Source: Promethearchaeota archaeon (GTDB taxonomy: Archaea > Asgardarchaeota > Lokiarchaeia > Sigyniarchaeales > SOKP01). From it: a stretch of DNA of 30,870 nt. Where the stretch lies: assembly GCA_048941015.1 (NCBI GenBank), contig JBHLNZ010000032.1:1-30870 (forward strand). Reading direction: 5' to 3'. Positions 1 through 7,654 of the stretch are shown here, one piece after another; positions within the stretch are counted from its first letter, which is position 1; each line of letters begins with the position of its first letter. The position numbers and the translations under genes were made by a program. Below the pieces are notes generated by a model. It did no database searches and was not told the DNA's origin. It saw only the letters and a list, made by a program, of their open reading frames with translations.

Positions 1-156
1 ATCGTAAAAGTTGAAACTGATGCTTATTGTTGTACTTTAGGTGGTCCTAATCGTCAAACTCTATTCATAGGGACTTCGATTCATGAAAGAACTCATAGTG
101 AATTCGGTCGTATCGAATTTGTAGAAGTTGAATTTCAAGGAGTAGGTTTGCCATAA
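1..156 (+). CDS. SMP-30/gluconolactonase/LRE family protein, C-terminal fragment (5' partial)
   Basis: Frame 1 is open from base 1 to TAA at 154-156: IVKVETDAYCCTLGGPNRQTLFIGTS...GRIEFVEVEFQGVGLP*. This matches the typical SMP-30 C-terminus (C.LGG.d..TLFiT...G.i..v.v...G.GLP). Not in the ORF track. Confidence 0.8.
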   Translation: MVKVETDAYCCTLGGPNRQTLFIGTSIHERTHSEFGRIEFVEVEFQGVGLP

Positions 157-212
157 TCTATTAAAAAATTATTATTTAAAATTATTCTAAAAAAATTGAA
201 AAATAAGAATTT

Positions 213-440
213 TTAAGGAACACCGACGACTTGCTTAACTTCAGGAACGAATTGTTTGATTGCTCTTTCAATACCCCATTGTAAAGTCTGCTGAGCATGA
301 ACACAACCTACACAGTGACCTTGTAATCTTACTTTGACTATTCCGTCGTCAGTAATTTCAACAAGTTCAACATCTCCACCATCCATTTGCAGTTGAGGTC
401 GTATTTTTTCAATTACTTGTTTAACTTTTTCTTTATCCAT
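213..440 (-). CDS. NifU C-terminal domain (Nfu-type Fe-S cluster carrier)
   Basis: IRPQLQMDGGDVELV...VRLQGHCVGC (CxxC) is the Nfu signature. ATG at 440 is preceded by an SD-like GAGG; the ORF track start at 452 is a TTG. Confidence 0.92.
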   Translation of the reverse strand: MDKEKVKQVIEKIRPQLQMDGGDVELVEITDDGIVKVRLQGHCVGCVHAQQTLQWGIERAIKQFVPEVKQVVGVP

Positions 441-648
441 TTTAATCCTCAAAATTTAATTTTTTATTCTTAATAATATAAATAAAATCTCTTATTTAAA
501 GCGTTTCTTAATAAAATATGGAATATACATTCATTAATGTTATTTTTAGCAAATGACAAAAAATTTTAACTAATAAATTAAAAATGAATAAAGTATTTTC
601 TTATTCAAATTTAATTAGAGTGATATTTAACATATTTTTAAGTAAAAG

Positions 649-1026
649 ATGAAATCTCAAGATTTTATTAAGCGATTAAATGATGCACAAGAACTAATGC
701 TTAAAGAAAAATATAAGGAAGCCATAGAAGTCCTTGAGCAATTAAAAGAAATAGAAAAAACTGGAGATTTTGATTATAATCTAACGCATAGATTGTACCA
801 GCTCGATTCGAATTCATATTCGCTATACAATCAACAAATTATCTTAAAAAATCTCCTTACAATCTCAAAAGAAAGAGAATCTATATCTCTTAATAAATTA
901 AATTATCTCTTAAAGGAGAATGAAGGGCTTAATATTGAAACTTCAATTTTAAGGCGAGAAATTGAGATTTTAATATTAAGATCTCTTTTATCAGCTAAAT
1001 TTGAAGGGGATAATTTATTTTTTTAA
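649..1026 (+). CDS. hypothetical protein: helical hairpin plus PCI-like winged helix
   Basis: 125 aa. N-terminal TPR-like helix pair (AQELMLKEKYKEAIEVLEQL). The C-terminus SISLNKL...EIEILILRSLLSAKFEGDNLFF resembles the PCI winged helix. Confidence 0.6.
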   Translation: MKSQDFIKRLNDAQELMLKEKYKEAIEVLEQLKEIEKTGDFDYNLTHRLYQLDSNSYSLYNQQIILKNLLTISKERESISLNKLNYLLKENEGLNIETSILRREIEILILRSLLSAKFEGDNLFF

Positions 1027-1090
1027 CAAATTTCTTAATTGTAAAATTATAGTCTTTTTTAAACTTATTTTGTAATTTTTCATTAGTATT

Positions 1091-1684
1091 ATGATAATTG
1101 ATCAATTAACACAAACTATACAATTAAAGATTGTTTATTTCGGCCCTGCGTTATCTGGTAAAACTACTTCTTTGAAAGCATTATTTAATCATTTCGGAAA
1201 AAAAGATCAAGTAGAATCTATCGAAAGTTCAGTTCGTAGAACATTATTTTTCGATTTTGGGACAATTTCATTTCAGAATCAGAAATGGCTACTAAAAATT
1301 CATGTTTATTCTACAACCGGACAAGATTTCTACATCGTCACTCGACCAATAACATTAAGCGCTATAGACGGGATTATTTTTGTCGCTGATTCTCAAAAGA
1401 AGGCATATGAAAGAAATTTGATTTCTTGGAATGAATTATGTTCATATTTTGAAGAAAAAATTATCTCTTTACCTAAAGTAATTGCATTTAATAAACAGGA
1501 TCTGATGGATAAATTTCCTCCATTTCAATTTTTACATGAAATTGATTATTATGAATTTAAGAGTATAGATTTTAAGAAAACCATAGCAATAAATGGAGAA
1601 GGAATTCTAGATTCTTTTGAAGAGATTTTGAGTCTAATTTTTAAAAATATCTATAAAAATCAATTGATTTCGGTTTTTCATTAA
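1091..1684 (+). CDS. MglA-like small GTPase
   Basis: KIVYFGPALSGKTT (G1), RTLFFDF (MglA switch I), TTGQ (G3), DGIIFVADSQ, NKQD (G4). Confidence 0.9.
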   Translation: MIIDQLTQTIQLKIVYFGPALSGKTTSLKALFNHFGKKDQVESIESSVRRTLFFDFGTISFQNQKWLLKIHVYSTTGQDFYIVTRPITLSAIDGIIFVADSQKKAYERNLISWNELCSYFEEKIISLPKVIAFNKQDLMDKFPPFQFLHEIDYYEFKSIDFKKTIAINGEGILDSFEEILSLIFKNIYKNQLISVFH

Positions 1685-1813
1685 TCTTTAAAGTGTATTT
1701 TTTTCTTTTTTTTTAAATAGATTTCAATAAAAGCTTTATATTGAAATTATTCTATTTTTTAATAAGTATTGTTTTATTCTATATAAAAGCCAAAACAAGA
1801 ATGATTAAAAATA

Positions 1814-2527
1814 TTGATTAAGAAATCATCTCCAGAGGAAATATATATTGATGTCTTAAATGAGAGATTAGCGAAAGATGCTGCTATAAATTTATTAATC
1901 TCTTTGATTGAAGCAAGTGAAGCGTTTAATATTAGAGCTAAGTCTATTGAGGTAATTAGACTTTTGAAAATAGAGAATAGTAAAGTCTTTTTATTATTAG
2001 AAAACTGCCTAGTTTCAGATGAGAGCGCTTTAGTACGTAATGCCTCTATAATTACATTAGTTAATAACTATTATAAAAAAGCAATGTTACCATTAAAATG
2101 GGCTATAGAACATGATAATTCAGTAATCTTACTTAAGACAATTTATGATTTAATCAAAGAGATTAATGATCCCAACCTAAGATTCTTGGAACTTAAATTG
2201 ATTGAAAGACTTAATGAAATTTATAATATCCGAGCCGAAGCCGACCTCTTTTTAAATTTGGAAGTCGTCTATTCTGAATTTATAGGTAATCCAAATTTAC
2301 TTATTAAAAAATCATGGTATAAAGTAATGAAGATGATTAATCTATATCCAGATTATATTGGATTGAATTCAAGATTATTTTATTTAATAGGAGGGGGAAC
2401 TAATTTGACTCCTTTGCCTGAGGATATAAATAATTTAGATTTTTTCAGATCGATTTTTTTAAAAAAGAGCCAAGTTAAAAAAGTCTTAAAGTTTCGAAAA
2501 AGAGTTAAGTTATTTCAAGATATATAG
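1814..2527 (+). CDS. HEAT-repeat-containing protein
   Basis: TTG start. IRAKSIEVI...LLENCLVSDESALVRNASIITL...LKWAIEHD are HEAT-like repeats. One LRR-like segment (NLTPLPEDINNL) lies near the C-terminus. Confidence 0.65.
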   Translation: MIKKSSPEEIYIDVLNERLAKDAAINLLISLIEASEAFNIRAKSIEVIRLLKIENSKVFLLLENCLVSDESALVRNASIITLVNNYYKKAMLPLKWAIEHDNSVILLKTIYDLIKEINDPNLRFLELKLIERLNEIYNIRAEADLFLNLEVVYSEFIGNPNLLIKKSWYKVMKMINLYPDYIGLNSRLFYLIGGGTNLTPLPEDINNLDFFRSIFLKKSQVKKVLKFRKRVKLFQDI

Positions 2528-2535
2528 GTTCTAAT

Positions 2536-3348
2536 TCATACTTTTAAAGTTATGGGATTCACTGTGTCTGTTTTTCCATAAGTTGGGATAATCCACATAT
2601 ACATACAATATTTTAGTTTTTTATATTGTGGTCTGGTAAAATTACAATGACCTAAATCACCAGGAAAAAAGAGTCCTTCTCCATTTTGTAAATCCTTACA
2701 AATTGAATATCCTTCAGAGTTTATTAAGTATTGAGTTATAGCGTAGGTAGGATCATCAATACACATAATATAAATCTCAGGATACTCTGGGTGAATGTGT
2801 GAATAGATTTCTTTCTTCCCATCCTTGGTCTCTTCTAAATTAACGCTTGTTATAGTTCCTTGTCTTAATGATTCATTAGGAATATTGGTAAAACCTGACA
2901 TGAAATACCCATTTTTAATAGCAGTCCAAACTGTTCGAAATGTTGCCATTTTTTCTTCAGAACCTCGTTCACCTCGCGGTAATAATTTATTCATATCAAA
3001 GTATTGTATTTCAAAAGCAGTGTTAGAGTTAGTCTTGATATTGTAAGAATAAATACAGATCTTTAGGTTCTTACGATTTTTTAACTGAGCTTTTATTGTT
3101 ATACTAGCATCTGAAGGAAGAAAAAAGAAATCAAATTGATTTAATTCATATAATTTTTGATTATAAATTATTTTAGTATTACCAGATAATAAGCATCCAT
3201 TTAATACTTCATTTATCTTTGTCCTAATTTTAAGATCTTTATTAAAATAGAAATATTTTATTTTTGACGAGTCTAATTTACGTATTATCGCGTTTTTAAT
3301 CGGATTTTCAAAATAAAAATCCATCATTTCTGATCTAGAGAACTGCAT
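2536..3348 (-). CDS. KduI/IolB-like cupin (sugar-acid isomerase family)
   Basis: Bicupin-like. Metal motif SHIHPEYPEIY, then GEGLFFPGDLGH and YMWI, as in the IolB/KduI C-terminal cupin. Substrate unknown. Confidence 0.6.
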   Translation of the reverse strand: MQFSRSEMMDFYFENPIKNAIIRKLDSSKIKYFYFNKDLKIRTKINEVLNGCLLSGNTKIIYNQKLYELNQFDFFFLPSDASITIKAQLKNRKNLKICIYSYNIKTNSNTAFEIQYFDMNKLLPRGERGSEEKMATFRTVWTAIKNGYFMSGFTNIPNESLRQGTITSVNLEETKDGKKEIYSHIHPEYPEIYIMCIDDPTYAITQYLINSEGYSICKDLQNGEGLFFPGDLGHCNFTRPQYKKLKYCMYMWIIPTYGKTDTVNPITLKV

Positions 3349-3386
3349 AATAATAATTAAAAATTATTTAACTAATAAAATAATAA

Positions 3387-4595
3387 TTAAAAAAATTCAG
3401 ATGAAACTGGTGTTTGAATTCTTATAGATCTTTGAGAATTATCTTCTAATATTGAAATTAAAGCCGAAATATTTTGTTTGGTTGCATATTTAATTTCTTT
3501 TTCTTCATTTGGCTTCCAACTCTTGAATCCTGTTAGGATTGGAGCAGTTTCGAATAAACCTTCTTGTAATCCTGAAACTTTAACAGTCACGCCTTCTAAT
3601 TTCTCTTTAGAGATATTCTTTACTTTAATTATATATTTTTCTAAATCTGAATCAATGGAAACAATCTGATAAGATTTTTGGAACCGCGATGAAACCCCAT
3701 CTAATAAAGTAGGAGCTGCTGAGGGTGCTCCTGAAAATAGGTCAATATCGGACTTTGAATCAGATATATTTTTTGAGATTATTGTGATGGGTAATTCAAA
3801 TTTTATCGGTTCTCTACCAAACTCAGGCCTTTTAGTCCCAATAATCATCAACGACCATTTAGTATAATCACCAAATTTAAAACCCCAATATTCTTTTTCA
3901 GTTGGTTCCCAAAGATAATTATGACTCGGTTCAGCAATTTCAGGGACCTTCAATAATAAAAATCCTTTTTCAATATTTGAAGTTTTAGCATTTCCAGCAA
4001 TAGCAGGAGGTAATTCTTCCACTTTGCGACAAGTTTGGCCATATGCATCGCAATAACAAATTAGATTCGCTTTTTGAAGTAATCTAATTTCAATTTGCTT
4101 TAATTCCTCTGAACTAAAACTAATTTTAATTGTTTCTCCTGGTTTGAAAACATCTTTAGAAAGAAGAATATTCAATCCTGAGATAGAAAATGAAATCGGT
4201 TGTGGGGTTTTTGTTTGTATACCAGAGTCCTTAGCTTTAATTTCTATTTTCTGAGTTTTGTTTACTATTAAATCATCATCGGGATTTAGTGGATTTGGTT
4301 GTCTTAAATTTAGCTTTAATTCATACTCTAAATCTCGATTCTTAATTGTTGGTACCACATTATTTTTAACCAAAATAGATCGTTCTCTAATATATTCGCC
4401 AGCTTCAAAATTTCCTTTCGAAAAGATCTCTTCTTTCGCGATTACTAATTCTTTTACGCATGGGGGATAGGTAATTAATCGAACTCCTGCCCATAATATA
4501 GAGCTGTTCTCTACAAACTTGAATTTAGTTCTAACATTCAATTTATCTCCGATAAACACAGAACCATAATTTAAATCAGTAAGCTCTAACTTCAT
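3387..4595 (-). CDS. arrestin-fold protein (arrestin N + arrestin C) with extra C-terminal beta-sandwich domain
   Basis: N-domain pattern FEAGEY...VVPT...LEYELKLNLRQP. C-domain pattern ILLSKDVFKPGETIKI...IEIRLLQK...LKVPEIAEPS...FELPITI. Followed by an Ala/Pro/Ser linker and a ~100-aa beta-rich domain. Confidence 0.7.
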   Translation of the reverse strand: MKLELTDLNYGSVFIGDKLNVRTKFKFVENSSILWAGVRLITYPPCVKELVIAKEEIFSKGNFEAGEYIRERSILVKNNVVPTIKNRDLEYELKLNLRQPNPLNPDDDLIVNKTQKIEIKAKDSGIQTKTPQPISFSISGLNILLSKDVFKPGETIKISFSSEELKQIEIRLLQKANLICYCDAYGQTCRKVEELPPAIAGNAKTSNIEKGFLLLKVPEIAEPSHNYLWEPTEKEYWGFKFGDYTKWSLMIIGTKRPEFGREPIKFELPITIISKNISDSKSDIDLFSGAPSAAPTLLDGVSSRFQKSYQIVSIDSDLEKYIIKVKNISKEKLEGVTVKVSGLQEGLFETAPILTGFKSWKPNEEKEIKYATKQNISALISILEDNSQRSIRIQTPVSSEFF

Positions 4596-4871
4596 AGTAT
4601 TATTTGACAGAGGGAGTTAATGAACACTTCTATGTAAATATATATGGTAGAATTTTATTAATACTTTTTATTTATATATTTAAGATGTAAGGATTTTATA
4701 ATCCACTTAACAAGTACTTTAAAATTTTGCAAACTTTGACAAATATTAATCAATCGATTTAAAAATTTAATAAAAATTGGTCAAAGTATAATTTAAAATT
4801 TTAAAAAGCAAACTATAATTTTAATTATTCCTTAAAATTCATATTATTTCAGAAAGTTCTTTGAAAATAAA

Positions 4872-5588
4872 ATGAAAAAAGAACATTTAAGTAAAGAAAT
4901 CAAGGCAATTCTCTTTGATCTAGATGGAACGCTAATAAATGTTGATTTAAAGCTTTTTATACCAGCTTATTTGAAGCTTTTAGCTGACTTTATGTCTGAC
5001 ATTCTACCAAAAAGGAAGATTATTCCGAAGTTGTTGCAATCTTCAGAGGCAGTTAATAAAAATAATGGGCAAAAAACTAATGAACAAGTATTTTTTGAAA
5101 CTTTTTTCCCGCTTAATGGATATTCTAAGGATGATATACAACCTCTCCTTGATGAATTTTACGAAAAAGAATTTAAAAAATTACGTCAATTTACAACCAA
5201 AAAACCTGAAGCAAGATCTGTGGTTCAGGCTGTATTTGATAACGATTTTGATGTTGTTATTGCAACTACACCGGTCCTTCCATTAACAGCAATCCAACAA
5301 AGACTCGAATGGGCAGATGTAGCGGATTTTCCTTATAATTTAATTACTAGTATTGAAAATTCATGTGCCACAAAACCTAATTTAATCTATTATAAGCAAA
5401 TATTACAATATTTAGGTCATTCTCCTGTAAATTCTTTAATGGTAGGAGATGAAGATAAAGATATGGTTGCTGCAAAGATAGGATGCCAAACCTTCCTAAT
5501 TCATAGTAATAACACTGAATTGGATTTGGTGACTCCAGAGCCAAATTATAAAGGCACTTTAAATGATTTAAAAAATCTTATTTTATAA
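4872..5588 (+). CDS. HAD-superfamily hydrolase
   Basis: Motif I LFDLDGTL, motif II IAT, motif III KP, motif IV MVGDEDKD. Confidence 0.92.
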   Translation: MKKEHLSKEIKAILFDLDGTLINVDLKLFIPAYLKLLADFMSDILPKRKIIPKLLQSSEAVNKNNGQKTNEQVFFETFFPLNGYSKDDIQPLLDEFYEKEFKKLRQFTTKKPEARSVVQAVFDNDFDVVIATTPVLPLTAIQQRLEWADVADFPYNLITSIENSCATKPNLIYYKQILQYLGHSPVNSLMVGDEDKDMVAAKIGCQTFLIHSNNTELDLVTPEPNYKGTLNDLKNLIL

Positions 5589-5623
5589 TTAGACTATAAT
5601 TGATATTGAAAGGATTAAATAAA

Positions 5624-6529
5624 ATGGATTTTCAGTCTTTAACAAAAGACAATGTAGAAGATATATATAATTTATTTAAAAATAATGAACCATTCTATTC
5701 GATCCCTTTATCATATTTCGTTAATGGCACTTTAAATGATGAAGACTATGATCCGGAGATGATGTTGACCTTAATTAATGAAGAAACCGAAAAACCAATC
5801 GCAGCGTTATTAGCAGTTATCAGGAAAGGTCTTGTTCGAAAAAATTGCTATATTAAAGCTTTGATTATTGACAAAAATTGTAGACGTCAAGCAATCGGCT
5901 CAAGAATGCTGGAAGAAATCATCTTAAGAGCAAAGAGAAAACTTAAATGGGGGGCTTCAATTTTTTATGGCGATAGTAGACCGAATTATTGGCAACCTGG
6001 AGTAGACTTACGACATACTAGTCTATTCTTTTTTCTTAAGAAGCATGGTTTTAAAACATATAGAATGCGATATAACCTTACTTTATCATTAGAAAATATC
6101 AAAAAAATTCCTAAAAATAACATAGAAGAATATAATTTTAGTAGAATTCAACCAAAATATTTTAATAAAACCTATGAATTTGTTAAGAAACAATTTCCAA
6201 TAGGTTTCTGGGCACAAGAAGTTCAATTATCATATAAAAATAATCCACCAACCACTTTTATAGCAAAAGATCCAAATGATGAAATTGTAGGATGGGCTAC
6301 TCATAGTAATCTTTTTCCCGGTTCATTTGGGCCAACAGGAGTTTTGAAATCATTAAGAGGAAAAGGAATAGGTGGCGAGCTTTTATCATGGTGCATCTGG
6401 GATATGCAACAAAATGGATTAGAAACTTGTACTATAATGTGGGTTGAGGAAAATACAATTAAGTTCTATTCTAAAGTTTTAGGTGCTTATATTCATCCAG
6501 TCTTTTATCCTATGGGTAAAAAGTTATAA
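5624..6529 (+). CDS. tandem-domain GNAT N-acetyltransferase
   Basis: Two acetyl-CoA-binding motifs: RRQAIGSRML and LRGKGIGGELL. ATG at 5624 preferred; TTG at 5600 is the alternative. Confidence 0.85.
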   Translation: MDFQSLTKDNVEDIYNLFKNNEPFYSIPLSYFVNGTLNDEDYDPEMMLTLINEETEKPIAALLAVIRKGLVRKNCYIKALIIDKNCRRQAIGSRMLEEIILRAKRKLKWGASIFYGDSRPNYWQPGVDLRHTSLFFFLKKHGFKTYRMRYNLTLSLENIKKIPKNNIEEYNFSRIQPKYFNKTYEFVKKQFPIGFWAQEVQLSYKNNPPTTFIAKDPNDEIVGWATHSNLFPGSFGPTGVLKSLRGKGIGGELLSWCIWDMQQNGLETCTIMWVEENTIKFYSKVLGAYIHPVFYPMGKKL

Positions 6530-6542
6530 AATTAAATTTAAA

Positions 6543-7541
6543 TCATTCTTCCTTTTGCAAAACAAATTTATTATCCAAATAATGAATTTTTGGTAATTGT
6601 TTTATCCTTTCTTTTTCGATTTTTTTACTTATAAGATTTAATGGATTTTTATAACCTACTTTATGCAATCCCTTTTCATTAAGTCCTCCTAAAAATGATA
6701 AGTAATTCACACATTCAAACATCATCTTAGTTGACCCCGCTAAATATTCAGAATATTGAGAATGTAATAATCCATTCTTCTCTAATATAACGGCATCACC
6801 ATGAAAGTTATACAATCCTGGATTTAATCCTGCGATATGGACTAAATCACTCGTAACTATAAATCTAGAAGATCCTTTTGAACGAAGAGAAACTTTAATT
6901 AAATCATCAGGTAAGTGGAAACCATCTGTTATAAATAATCCATATACACGTTGATCCGCAAGAATGGGCCATAATGGATTATCATGCCTATGAATCATAT
7001 TCTGAAGACCATTTCCCACGTGAGTTGCTGCTTGAATACCTGTATCTATAGCTTTCTTAATTATTTGTTTTCCTGCATTTGTATGCCCAATAGAAACAAC
7101 TATATCACTTGTATCGAGTATATTTTCAATCAAATCAAAAGCGTCTTTAACTTCAGGAGCAATAGTTATGAGAATAATTTGATTTTGAGCCCATTTTTGA
7201 AATTTTTCAAATAAATCAATAGAAGGACTAATTATATTTTCTTGTGGATGAATACCTCGTACTCCAATTTCAGGATTTATAAACGGTCCTTCTAAATGGA
7301 TCCCTAAAATCTGTGCTCCAATTTTTTGATTCATAGCTTCAGATATCAAACGAAGATTATGTTTATAAGTCTCTAAAGTAGAAGAAATTAGAGTGGGACA
7401 ATAACCAATAACACCGAATTTACAGAGCTCTTTTGAAATGAAGGTTATACTTTCTAATGTTAATTTCGGATCAGAAAAGTCAACCCCTTTATATCCATTA
7501 ACTTGAAGATCCACAAAACCCATAAATTTCAAATAAAACAC
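6543..7541 (-). CDS. nagA: N-acetylglucosamine-6-phosphate deacetylase
   Basis: GFVDLQVNG, GIHLEGPFIN, TIAPE, SIGHTNA, ATHVGNG, DGFH, VTSD and LAGS motifs. Start uncertain (7541 GTG, 7532 TTG or 7523 ATG). Confidence 0.9.
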   Translation of the reverse strand: MFYLKFMGFVDLQVNGYKGVDFSDPKLTLESITFISKELCKFGVIGYCPTLISSTLETYKHNLRLISEAMNQKIGAQILGIHLEGPFINPEIGVRGIHPQENIISPSIDLFEKFQKWAQNQIILITIAPEVKDAFDLIENILDTSDIVVSIGHTNAGKQIIKKAIDTGIQAATHVGNGLQNMIHRHDNPLWPILADQRVYGLFITDGFHLPDDLIKVSLRSKGSSRFIVTSDLVHIAGLNPGLYNFHGDAVILEKNGLLHSQYSEYLAGSTKMMFECVNYLSFLGGLNEKGLHKVGYKNPLNLISKKIEKERIKQLPKIHYLDNKFVLQKEE

Positions 7542-7654
7542 CCTTTTTACAAGAATAAATTATTATTACAATTAAATAGAAAAAAAAATACTTAAGACTA
7601 AAATATTGAAATTAATTCTTTCAATTATTATAAGTTAACTAGGGATATTAAAAA

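Noticed and set aside
2825-4470. Short + strand ORFs 2825..3046, 3478..3669 and 4258..4470
   Set aside because: Antisense shadows of well-supported minus-strand genes; no motifs.
4601-4640. Possible 5' UTR hairpin of the arrestin-fold gene
   Set aside because: Several mismatches and bulges; no recognisable RNA motif.
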